Shown: positions 28,014-37,205 of the stretch, piece by piece
Layout: each line of letters opens with the position of its first letter
Numbering within the stretch: the stretch's first letter is position 1
Source: Faecousia sp.
GTDB lineage: Bacteria > Bacillota > Clostridia > Oscillospirales > Oscillospiraceae
NCBI GenBank assembly: GCA_045538595.1
Contig: JAZSRS010000007.1
Coordinates: 1-58,028 of the forward strand
Reading direction: 5' to 3'
DNA length: 58,028 bases
Position numbers and translations under genes: made by a program
Notes under the pieces: generated by a model
What the model saw: only the letters and a program-made list of their open reading frames with translations
What the model was told of the DNA's origin: nothing
The model's database searches: none

Positions 28014-30358
28014 TTTGCGCCTCCCGGAAGAACGAGGTAATCTCTTGCCCCGACTTCTTCTTCACCATAAGTGTATGCTTCCTCGCCGTAATTTACGATC
28101 AATGCACCAGTCTCATAGACTGTCAAGGTTACATCCTCAGTCAGCATTTCGTGGCGAACGATTTCCTGACCTGCAAACTGTGCCGTAGCCTTCTGCATTT
28201 CCAAGTATTCCTCAACGATAACATCTTTCCAGAAGTTATAGGAGTAGGAAACCATGGTGTTATAATCTGTACCTACCAACTCAGAGACATCGCCGTAAAT
28301 CAGGTTGAATTTCAGGCTGCTGCCGGTTTCCAATGCCTTCAGGAAGGAGTACTCATAGTCAACGGTGGTATTGATACCGTTGGCAGTCAGCACAGTGTTG
28401 CCCTGGAATACCAACTGATAGAACGGAACTGTTCTGTCCTGCATATCATAGTTACTATGGCTGTCAGCCAAGTCGGTAATGATATCTGCATAGGCAGTGG
28501 TGTAAGCGTTACCACCGTGAACCATCAGCAGGTCGGCGTTTTCACGCACATTCTTCATAGCCTGATTCCAATGCTTCAGAACACTGTTTCTGGACAGGTA
28601 GTATTCTTCGTCATAGTTGGAATACAAAACCTTACCCACACGGTTCAGGGCAATGTTATTAACACCGTATCCGCTGGCGGACTTTGCAAAGTCCGTTGCT
28701 ACATTCACAACCGTCTCAGGACGGAGCAAGTGCCAACGGGAATCAGCAATCTGCGTACCCTTATCCAGATCATACTTGTACTGGAATGCATACTGATCAA
28801 AGAAGGACTTGACGCTGTCGCCATTTTCAGTCAGGCCGTTGCCGTTTTCATAAATATCAACGGGGTTGGTCTCCAGGAACAACAGAACGCCTTCCTGCTC
28901 CAGATATTCTATCATGGCCTTGAATTCCTTCTTGGAACCAAGGACAGACTCGTTAGATACCTTATTATATACCTTATTATTCAGACCGCTATCCAAAGCG
29001 CCGATGTAGTTAATGACGAGATTCTCCACGCCCTGCGCCTTCAGTTCCTTAACGATCTCACAAACCTGATTGTAGGTGGTCATAGCGGTAACGACCGGTC
29101 TCTTGACGCCCATCACATATTTCTTAATGCTGACGGCACCAACCAGATCCAGCACCATGTACTTCTCATCTGCCAGTTCAGAATCGTGAAGTTTGTTCTC
29201 GGACTTCAGATAATTCCGGTAGGTCTCACTCATGCCGGTGTAATTTGCCTTATCGCCATCCATAAAGAAGTAGCGAACAGAATAATTTTCACCTTCCAGC
29301 AGGTCCTCGGTATAATCGATAGTGTAACTTGCCTTATAGGTCTTATCGTTACCTCTTTCGAACATCAGATCATACTCTCTGAGCACTGCGCTGGGATAGA
29401 TGTGGTTATAATTGCTATCCTTCTTGCTGGTGGTTGCAGAAATTGTACTGCAGGCTTCACCATTGGTGATAACACCCAGGAAAGCATGGTCGTTGCACTT
29501 AGCACCGAACACAGGCAAGGCAATATCCTCACGGATGCTAACCTCTTCTGTCTTTTCAATGGTCGGGTTTACACCGTATACCGGCGCGTCATAGGACTGC
29601 TTACTCTGTCTTTCGTTGTTAAAGTCGATCATAGAGCCAGCACCGTCCGGGATCAGCAGGTAGCCATCGTCATTCAATCCGCCGGATCCGAAGAAAGGCA
29701 GCAAAGAAATTCTCTCTACTAGGAAGGGGTTCTTGCCAACGCCTTTGATCTCACTGGTAATGACCTCTGCTTTGAAACCATCTTCACACAGAGTGTACTG
29801 CACAGGAATATAAACATTGGCCACAGGGAAACCGAATGTGAACTTCACGCCGTTTTCGATTCGTTCGCTTTCCATTCTACCCTTTTTGATACTACCGCCG
29901 TAGTTATCGAATTCCACGAACACGCCTTCTTCCACATTCAGGAAGTTGACATGGATCTGGCTGGCCAATCTGGACACAATGGTCGCAACCTTGTCGTCCG
30001 CCCTGTCCTGAGGATTGGAATACCAGACCATTCCGGAATCCTTCTCAGTAATTTGGATCTCTGCGGTGGTAAAATCGGCAGACATAATGAATTTTTCATT
30101 TTCTGCCACTTGCTGGAAGCCGGGTTCGCCGTAATCATACTTGGAAGTGGCCTTAATAGCAGTCTTATCCTTGCTCGTATCCTTGGCGGCTTCCCTTTCC
30201 AAGTCGGACTGATGGATGCCGAATGCGGCCCAAGCGATCAATCCAACAATCACAACGGTCAGGGTAATGCTGATCACGCGCATGATTGTTTCTTTCTTTT
30301 TATGGATCCATCGCTTCCATTTAAAAAACTTTTCTTTTATGTTCATTGTATTCTCCAT
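28010..30358 (-). CDS. DUF5696-like large membrane-anchored extracellular protein
   Basis: One N-terminal TM, then VWYSNP, LLPFFG, GYLLIPDGAGS, LPVFG, AMTTY, VPFYQLV, LKALETG. Usual position after a Yip1 gene in sugar-ABC clusters. Confidence 0.75.
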   Translation of the reverse strand: MENTMNIKEKFFKWKRWIHKKKETIMRVISITLTVVIVGLIAWAAFGIHQSDLEREAAKDTSKDKTAIKATSKYDYGEPGFQQVAENEKFIMSADFTTAEIQITEKDSGMVWYSNPQDRADDKVATIVSRLASQIHVNFLNVEEGVFVEFDNYGGSIKKGRMESERIENGVKFTFGFPVANVYIPVQYTLCEDGFKAEVITSEIKGVGKNPFLVERISLLPFFGSGGLNDDGYLLIPDGAGSMIDFNNERQSKQSYDAPVYGVNPTIEKTEEVSIREDIALPVFGAKCNDHAFLGVITNGEACSTISATTSKKDSNYNHIYPSAVLREYDLMFERGNDKTYKASYTIDYTEDLLEGENYSVRYFFMDGDKANYTGMSETYRNYLKSENKLHDSELADEKYMVLDLVGAVSIKKYVMGVKRPVVTAMTTYNQVCEIVKELKAQGVENLVINYIGALDSGLNNKVYNKVSNESVLGSKKEFKAMIEYLEQEGVLLFLETNPVDIYENGNGLTENGDSVKSFFDQYAFQYKYDLDKGTQIADSRWHLLRPETVVNVATDFAKSASGYGVNNIALNRVGKVLYSNYDEEYYLSRNSVLKHWNQAMKNVRENADLLMVHGGNAYTTAYADIITDLADSHSNYDMQDRTVPFYQLVFQGNTVLTANGINTTVDYEYSFLKALETGSSLKFNLIYGDVSELVGTDYNTMVSYSYNFWKDVIVEEYLEMQKATAQFAGQEIVRHEMLTEDVTLTVYETGALIVNYGEEAYTYGEEEVGARDYLVLPGGAK

Positions 30359-30371
30359 TCCATGCTATCGC

Positions 30372-31004
30372 TTAATATCTGAGTTCGAACGAGACTGTTG
30401 CAATGAAATAATACAACTGTTCAAACAGAATCAGCAGCATTAATGCAATAAAGAACATGATGATCAAGCAAACGATCGTCAATATGATAGCCCAAATTGT
30501 CTTTACAAAAGAATACTCGTGAATCTCCTGCAGACCGCTGAACGCAATCATTGCACCCCAAAGTTCTGCTACAATTACAGCATAGGTTAGGAAGGTCTCT
30601 TCAGTACCGACCAAGACCCAGCTGAGAATAATGGTGATAAAACGAACAATGATATAGGGAACAAGGGCATTTGCCGCTACTACACATATATCCTTCAACT
30701 TACCTTTTCCTTCCATCAAAGTGCAGATACACCAGTTGGAAAGACATACCATTACAAAAACCATAACGGTAACAAGGGATGTCCGAAGTAAACTCAAGTC
30801 TTCCAAATCAAAATCGTTCATATCAAAGCCCATTGCTGCCCGATAGAACAATTCCACAAAGAGCCACAACGCTACTGTAATCAGCACCACGGTTGTGGAA
30901 CCTTTTTTATTTGCCTTAAGTTCCAAGAAACCGTCTCTCGGATGCCGGCAAATATAAAAAGGATACAAGTAGGGGCTCATTGTATCAAATCCTGTACGCT
31001 TCAT
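30372..31004 (-). CDS. Yip1-family multi-pass membrane protein
   Basis: HPRDGFLELK, NWCICTLMEGKG, LVPYII, IHEYSFVKT; about five TM segments. Confidence 0.8.
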   Translation of the reverse strand: MKRTGFDTMSPYLYPFYICRHPRDGFLELKANKKGSTTVVLITVALWLFVELFYRAAMGFDMNDFDLEDLSLLRTSLVTVMVFVMVCLSNWCICTLMEGKGKLKDICVVAANALVPYIIVRFITIILSWVLVGTEETFLTYAVIVAELWGAMIAFSGLQEIHEYSFVKTIWAIILTIVCLIIMFFIALMLLILFEQLYYFIATVSFELRY

Positions 31005-31017
31005 ACTTTTTCCCCCT

Positions 31018-32502
31018 CTACTTCTTTCTGATTTTTCTTCTGATACGCCAGAAAATGGCGTAACCTAAGTCAATGATCTGCTCATAGGCCAGTATAGCAA
31101 CCAGAACAATAATCACCACAGCGGCCACCAGCGCAAAGTTCTCACGCAGGATCTGATCACGGAGTAGACCCTTGGCTTCGCCATAGCCTTCCTGATCTTT
31201 GCCCAGTTCAAAATATTCCATTGCCTTTTTGTACTCGCCCATGCTGATATATGCCTTACCCAGACCGGCATAGGCCTGTGTATAGTTAGCGTTCATTCTC
31301 AGAACTTCCATCCAGGGCTCAATGGATTCCTGGTAAAGGCCTTCATTATACAGGTAGTTAGCGGAACGAATCATTTTGCCGTAGAATGTTTGCTCCATAA
31401 CGGTAATGGTCTTCTTGCCTGCGTCCAGCACCAATAGGTTGTTCTGACTGTCGGATTCCAAAGAAATAGGCTGCGTGAACAAGCCTTCCTGATAACCCAA
31501 ACCACCAAACACTGCCAACAGGTTACATCCCTCGTCGTACTGGAAGATACGGCCGGTGGTAATCTCAACGATAGTCACCGCGCCTTCGTTATCCACAGTA
31601 ATGTCTGTCAAAGCCATATTGGGGATCTTTCTTGCGTAGGACAAAGCGAACATATCAATGGGCTCGGGGAATACGTTGGCACCCAGCGCATTTAATTTGG
31701 AAACAGAAGACTCATTGGAGTCAATTACGGGAGAGACAACATAAACAAATCTATCCTCGGACCAGAACATATTGTTAAATTCCACAGGCTGGAAACTAAC
31801 TGCAGACTGGGCGTTGGCCGCTTTGGAAAGAATACTACGCCAGAACAGTTCCATCCGCATTTTTGCAGTCATGGCCAATCTGTTGGTACCGTAGAAACCC
31901 AGGAAGTTGTTGCTGCTGTCCACCAGCAATGCGCCGGTATTGATATTGGCAGATGTAATGTACATAATGCCCATATTATCCACGATGATCTTTTTGGGCT
32001 TATAAGCAATGGCAGGATCCAGCAATTCGCCTTCCGGCTTCAGATAGACATTCTTTACATTGCCTTCCAGGTCAGAAACGATCACGCGGTCATTTTCTGT
32101 ATCTGCAATGTAGAGCATCTGGTTGGATTCCCGGAAGAACAGACCCTGAGCGCCTTCCGCAAGGGTGAGCACCTCTTCCTTATATTTGAATTCGCTCAGT
32201 TCCTTGACGCACTTGTAATTCTCATCCAGGATCAGAATTCGGCAATTGCCAGAGTCCAAGACATAAACATGGTCATTATCGCCCACGAAAATGTCTCTGG
32301 GGTTATTTAACTGTGTGGTACCCATTACGGCTTCATCCACAATGATCTTAACCTGATAGGCATTGGTAGAAGGTACCGGCTGATAGGTTACATCATCCTC
32401 ATAAGTATAGGTTCTGTCAGGCTGGGCTGCAAAAACCGTTACAACAGAGGAGGTCAGCACAAGTAGGATCGCCAACATCAGGCATATTACTTTTTTACTC
32501 AT
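31018..32502 (-). CDS. Secreted NHL-repeat beta-propeller + TPR protein with C-terminal membrane anchor
   Basis: Signal peptide (...VTVFA), NHL-like repeats (LNNPRDIFV..VYVLDSGNCRI; LYIADTENDRV; PKKIIVD), TPR (AYAGLGKAYISMGEYKKAMEYF), C-terminal TM and basic tail. Confidence 0.85.
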   Translation of the reverse strand: MSKKVICLMLAILLVLTSSVVTVFAAQPDRTYTYEDDVTYQPVPSTNAYQVKIIVDEAVMGTTQLNNPRDIFVGDNDHVYVLDSGNCRILILDENYKCVKELSEFKYKEEVLTLAEGAQGLFFRESNQMLYIADTENDRVIVSDLEGNVKNVYLKPEGELLDPAIAYKPKKIIVDNMGIMYITSANINTGALLVDSSNNFLGFYGTNRLAMTAKMRMELFWRSILSKAANAQSAVSFQPVEFNNMFWSEDRFVYVVSPVIDSNESSVSKLNALGANVFPEPIDMFALSYARKIPNMALTDITVDNEGAVTIVEITTGRIFQYDEGCNLLAVFGGLGYQEGLFTQPISLESDSQNNLLVLDAGKKTITVMEQTFYGKMIRSANYLYNEGLYQESIEPWMEVLRMNANYTQAYAGLGKAYISMGEYKKAMEYFELGKDQEGYGEAKGLLRDQILRENFALVAAVVIIVLVAILAYEQIIDLGYAIFWRIRRKIRKK

Positions 32503-32534
32503 GTAAACACCTCACTTCAAAGTCATTTGGCGTC

Positions 32535-33395
32535 TTAATCCTTAATGCCGGAGTGTGCCATGGTCTGGAGCATCTTGCTCTGGGTCAGAACAAAGGACAC
32601 AATCGGAGGAATCATCAACAGTACCGCTGCTGCTGCAGATGCACCGGAACGGGCAATACCGCCGGCACTGATCTGGCTCAGTGCAGTGGGAAGCAGTTTG
32701 AACTCTTCCTTGAAGATGACACCGGCAGAACCGGTATTCCAAATGCTTGTAAAGGACAATACCATAACGGTCATCCATGCAGGCTTCACGTTGGGCATAA
32801 CCACTCTCAGGAAAATCACAAAGTCGTTTGCGCCATCCAACTTGGCTGCGTCCAGCAGAGAGTCAGGAATCTGTAGCATAAACTGACGCATCAGGAACAT
32901 ATGCAGAGTAGATGCCAATGTGGGCAGGATCAGAACCCAATAGGTATTGATCAGGTGCAATTTTGCCTTAATAATGTAGGAAGGCAATGCGGTAACACCA
33001 CCGGAGAACAGCAGGGTCAGCATAATCAGTTTCCACAGTGCTTCTCTGCCGGGGAATTTCTTCTTAGCAAAGGGATATGCCGCCATAGCGCCGATCATAA
33101 CACTAACTGTAGTGCTGACCAAACTAACGAAAATACTGTTAAACAGGTATCTGCTGAAGGGAACCGTCAGGTCAGACACCAACTGGAACAGTTGAGAATA
33201 GTTGTTCCATGTGGGGTTTACTGCGTAGAATCTCGGAGGGAAGATGAACAGTTCTTCTACCGGCTTGAAGGACTGGACGATGTTGTAGTACAGGGGCAAA
33301 CCCATAAACACACCAACGACCACCAGCATCAAAAAGATGGAAAAGTTGCCGAAATGAGAGCGGTTTAGTTGTTTATGTAAGCGAAATCTTTTCAT
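32535..33395 (-). CDS. Carbohydrate ABC transporter permease (MalG-type)
   Basis: SFKPVEELFIFPP, FLMRQFMLQIPDSLLDAAKLDGA. Confidence 0.93.
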   Translation of the reverse strand: MKRFRLHKQLNRSHFGNFSIFLMLVVVGVFMGLPLYYNIVQSFKPVEELFIFPPRFYAVNPTWNNYSQLFQLVSDLTVPFSRYLFNSIFVSLVSTTVSVMIGAMAAYPFAKKKFPGREALWKLIMLTLLFSGGVTALPSYIIKAKLHLINTYWVLILPTLASTLHMFLMRQFMLQIPDSLLDAAKLDGANDFVIFLRVVMPNVKPAWMTVMVLSFTSIWNTGSAGVIFKEEFKLLPTALSQISAGGIARSGASAAAAVLLMIPPIVSFVLTQSKMLQTMAHSGIKD

Positions 33396-33410
33396 ATACG
33401 CTCTCCTTCC

Positions 33411-34325
33411 TTAGTCATCTACCAGTAACTTATTGATGACCTTATTCACGATCAGCATTACCATTAGCAAAACAGTACTGATCGCACAGGCGTAGCCCAA
33501 TTCAAATCGAACGCCGCCGTAGTCATCAATATGGTTAATAATTGTATGTGTTGCGTAATCAACAGAGGGGTTTCCGCACAATGCTGCCGGCACAGCGCCA
33601 ACTGCAAAGGAACTGGAAATCTGCATAACAGCACCGAACAGCAACTGGGGCTTCATCTGGGGCAGGGTCAGGAACCAGATCTCCTGGAATCTGTTGTGAA
33701 CGCCGTCGATGGCGCCGGCTTCATACAATGTGGTATCCACTGTCTTAAAGCCTGCAACGAAGGACAGGAAACTGGTACCCAAACTGAGCCACAACTGTAC
33801 CACGATACAGCAAATCAGCATATAGTCTGTATCCATCAGCCACAGAATCGGCTCGTCAATGATGCCGATCTTCAACAGAACACCGTTCAGCACACCGTAA
33901 CGGTCACTGCTGAGGATATAGGTCCAAATAAAGTAGACGCTACCTGCAATAGAAGGAGCATAGAAAACCAATGTCATAAATGCACGGATCTTGTTGGGCA
34001 ATTCATTAATGAACCATGCAAAGATGAAACAGGCAATGTAGCCCACAGGACCTGTAATAAATGCCATAATCATGGTATTTCTGATTGCAATGATGAACAC
34101 ATCATCATTCAGAAACAGGGTTTTATAGTTGTCAAAACCAACCCAGTTGGGGGTCTGCAACATATTAAAATCTGTAAAACTCAAGGCGATTGCGGCCATA
34201 ACCGGCAACACCGTGAAGATAAAAAACGCAATCAGAAACGGCGCTATCATAAAATAACTTGTGCGTTCAATCTGCATCTGTTTGAACGATGCAGCCAACC
34301 GATAAGGTTTCTTCATACGACTCAT
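33411..34325 (-). CDS. Carbohydrate ABC transporter permease (MalF-type)
   Basis: LSFTDFN..WVGFDNY, TLYEAGAIDG, ELGYACA. Confidence 0.93.
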   Translation of the reverse strand: MSRMKKPYRLAASFKQMQIERTSYFMIAPFLIAFFIFTVLPVMAAIALSFTDFNMLQTPNWVGFDNYKTLFLNDDVFIIAIRNTMIMAFITGPVGYIACFIFAWFINELPNKIRAFMTLVFYAPSIAGSVYFIWTYILSSDRYGVLNGVLLKIGIIDEPILWLMDTDYMLICCIVVQLWLSLGTSFLSFVAGFKTVDTTLYEAGAIDGVHNRFQEIWFLTLPQMKPQLLFGAVMQISSSFAVGAVPAALCGNPSVDYATHTIINHIDDYGGVRFELGYACAISTVLLMVMLIVNKVINKLLVDD

Positions 34326-34349
34326 CCCTTTCTTCTTTTTTTAGACAAT

Positions 34350-37205
34350 CTAGTTATTCAAATAGAATTCGTTTCTCTTACGGGTAATTTCTTCATTGAT
34401 CTTGATTGTCCATTCGGTTAGTATCTCACGGGCGTTCTCGCCATTATCGATAACACCACGGACAGAGTTGTTAATACCTCTGGTTACATAGTAGTTACCG
34501 GGAACGATGGGGATAAACTCCAGATTTTCGAACTGATCTTCCAAAATGGCCAGTTCCTTGGCTGTCCAGCCTTGAGAACGAAGAGTGGTGAGATTAGCAG
34601 TGTTGTATCTTGCGGAGATACCCAGCGCAGCTTCCAGGTCATTGGCGTATCTGGACTGTGCCTCTGCATCGGACCACCACTTGATGAATTCCCATGCGTA
34701 ATCGTAGTTCTTTGCTTCACTGAGCATAATCGCGCCGGTGCCGGTATTATCCATCTGGGTGCGGTCAACCGTGCCGTCTGCCTTCAGAGTGCCGGGAGTG
34801 GGGTAAATATCCCACAAGCCACTGATTTCAGGGGCGGTATACTTCAGTGTTGTGTAAATAGTGTATGTAGTGATACCGATGGGCATTTCACCGGTTCTGA
34901 AACGGTTTGTAAAGTCGTAAGACTGGGGGAAACCGTACTTAGTAAAGAACTCTGTATGTTGGATCAGTGCCTCAACTGCCACATCCTCATCCAGACAGAC
35001 AGCAGTCATATCTTCATTGAAATAGGAGCCGCCGTTCTGGTACAGCAGGTTTGCGAAACTTGCTGCAGAACCCAAGGACATATTGTAACGCTGCAGCACT
35101 TGGGCCACGTCGTACATATCATCCCAAGTCTGGGGAACTTCTAGACCCATACTGTCAAAGATGTCTGTTCTGACGAACATAACCATACAACCGTGGGTAT
35201 TAGGCATACCGTAGTACTTACCTTCCAGCATAAAGGGGATCTCAGAACCGTCTACATACTGGTCTAGAATTTCATGATAACCGTCGAACTGGGACAGGTC
35301 TACTGCTGCGCCGCGGAGTGCCAGGTTCACAACGGTATCGGATACCACATTCAGCATAACATCCGGGCCGGAATCTGCGGCTAGCGCATCCACGATGGAG
35401 CCTTGCGACAGTTCCAGATTGACCTCAATGCCGGTTCTAGGCGTAAATTCGTCAGTGATCATGTTCTTCAGGATCTCATACTGGTCAATACCGGAGTTAA
35501 TCCATACTCGAACAGACTTCTCGCCCTTATCTACTTCCTTATTCTTAAAGGAAGCCAAGAAACTCTTAACCTGATATACGATCCACTGCCATGCGTTCAT
35601 CTTGGTCTTGGGCATATTGGCATCGGAAGACATCAGCGCAATATAGTCGATATCCAATGCCTGCTCCTGATAGGCAGAGAGTTTTGCGCTCAATCCGTTA
35701 ATATCGTTCTTAAAGGTAGTCAATCTGTCCTTATAGGTCAGGTCGACGATATTTTCACCGTAACTCTGCAGGTTATAGGCAACGTCTTCAATAAAGGCGT
35801 TTTCTGCGCCTTTCTTACCAACAATGGCTTCCAAGCGCTTGGATTCTGCGAACAGCAGATCTGCATTGGCCTGGAAGTTATCAGCCAGGTCAGGAATCAG
35901 TTTTTCCAGATAGTAGTCTCTGTAGGGGTCGGGATCAATACTGGTGATCATAATGATGGACAGGTACATCTCATTCAGGTTGGTAACAACCGCCTGCAAC
36001 ACACCCATGGTATCGGTCAGATCGCCAACCACATTCTCCATCGTAATTTCGTGCTCACCCTCAGTCAAGTAAATGCTGTATGCACCAGCATCACCGCCAA
36101 GCACCATATTCTCCCACTGGGAAGTGTAGTTGAAGCGGATCGCATTCAATTCTGCGAAGGGAACAACGCCATCGACATAAATCTTTCTGGAACTGAACAA
36201 ACCGTCCAGATAACCTTGTCTATATTTCAAACCAATGTTATAAAAGCCGTCTTCCGGCACATCGACCTTCCATGTGATCCACTGACCAGGCTGCTTCCAC
36301 TGGCCGCCGCCACCGTAATTGATTTTAACATTATCGTAAGAGAACGGCTGAGTCAAGGGGCTACTCTTATCGGCAGCAGGCCACAGTGTAGAGTGAGACT
36401 GCAGCAGATAATCTTCTGCCTGGTACAGTTTCAGAACATTTTCAACTTCCTTGTATCCCTTTTGCTGATTCAGGGAGATATAGTCCTGATAGGACATCAG
36501 GTAAGCCTCCTGCTTCAGGGTAACGCCCTGCAGCAGCAAGGGAGTACCGTCAAAACTGAAGGCCAGTTCATGTTTGCCGGCTTCCAGATAGAAGCGCAGA
36601 GTGCCGTAAACACCGGTCTGGTCTACCAGTAGTTGCTTTCTCCACTCAGGTACCTGATAGGCCTGGGGACGGAGGTCGTCGCCCTTTTCGTCAGTTGTGA
36701 TGGGCTCGTTCTTGAATACACGGCTCAGAACGCAACTGTTTGCCTCAGTGAAGGGCAGTTCGCCATCAATGGCCAATGCAAACAGGTACTGGCTGTTACT
36801 CTCTGCCAAAGGGAAGTAATCCAGTTCGATGCAGTACAGGCCGGCTTCGGGAATCTCAACGGTGAAGATCACCTGTTCGCCCTTGGCGCGGATATTCACG
36901 CCCTTTGCAGAGCCTTCCAGATTTTCATACAGGGCTGTACCGGACGGTTCATTTCTGCTCTCCGGCTCAACCACCTTAAAATCAGTAACATCCAGCGCAA
37001 TCTCTATATCAGGCTTGGCTGCGTCCAAATGCTTCTGCATGTAGTGATAGTATGTATTGGCGCCTTGGTGAGCATTGGGATCGTAGGTCCAGTCTCCGTC
37101 GGAATTCTGGCCGTCCGCTGCGCCCACAGTCATCATGCCCATAGTGGAGCACATGAGACTTGCCACCAGCAAAACAACTATCCATCTTCTCATCTTCTGC
37201 ATCAT
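34350..37205 (-). CDS. Large multidomain solute-binding protein (CBM-like beta-sandwiches, helical linker, C-terminal family 1 binding domain)
   Basis: Sec signal with no lipobox. Two related CBM-like segments (FTVEIPEAGLYCIELDY; WKVDVPEDGFYNIGLKY). Binding domain with FTPRTGIEVNL, MFVRTDIF..VPQTWDD, FRTGEMPIG, AWEFIKWW. Confidence 0.85.
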   Translation of the reverse strand: MMQKMRRWIVVLLVASLMCSTMGMMTVGAADGQNSDGDWTYDPNAHQGANTYYHYMQKHLDAAKPDIEIALDVTDFKVVEPESRNEPSGTALYENLEGSAKGVNIRAKGEQVIFTVEIPEAGLYCIELDYFPLAESNSQYLFALAIDGELPFTEANSCVLSRVFKNEPITTDEKGDDLRPQAYQVPEWRKQLLVDQTGVYGTLRFYLEAGKHELAFSFDGTPLLLQGVTLKQEAYLMSYQDYISLNQQKGYKEVENVLKLYQAEDYLLQSHSTLWPAADKSSPLTQPFSYDNVKINYGGGGQWKQPGQWITWKVDVPEDGFYNIGLKYRQGYLDGLFSSRKIYVDGVVPFAELNAIRFNYTSQWENMVLGGDAGAYSIYLTEGEHEITMENVVGDLTDTMGVLQAVVTNLNEMYLSIIMITSIDPDPYRDYYLEKLIPDLADNFQANADLLFAESKRLEAIVGKKGAENAFIEDVAYNLQSYGENIVDLTYKDRLTTFKNDINGLSAKLSAYQEQALDIDYIALMSSDANMPKTKMNAWQWIVYQVKSFLASFKNKEVDKGEKSVRVWINSGIDQYEILKNMITDEFTPRTGIEVNLELSQGSIVDALAADSGPDVMLNVVSDTVVNLALRGAAVDLSQFDGYHEILDQYVDGSEIPFMLEGKYYGMPNTHGCMVMFVRTDIFDSMGLEVPQTWDDMYDVAQVLQRYNMSLGSAASFANLLYQNGGSYFNEDMTAVCLDEDVAVEALIQHTEFFTKYGFPQSYDFTNRFRTGEMPIGITTYTIYTTLKYTAPEISGLWDIYPTPGTLKADGTVDRTQMDNTGTGAIMLSEAKNYDYAWEFIKWWSDAEAQSRYANDLEAALGISARYNTANLTTLRSQGWTAKELAILEDQFENLEFIPIVPGNYYVTRGINNSVRGVIDNGENAREILTEWTIKINEEITRKRNEFYLNN

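Noticed and set aside
17425-36632. Long antisense ORFs (471, 498, 523 and 409 aa) in the sugar locus
   Set aside because: They lie opposite well-supported genes, have no recognisable motifs, and are expected from codon bias.
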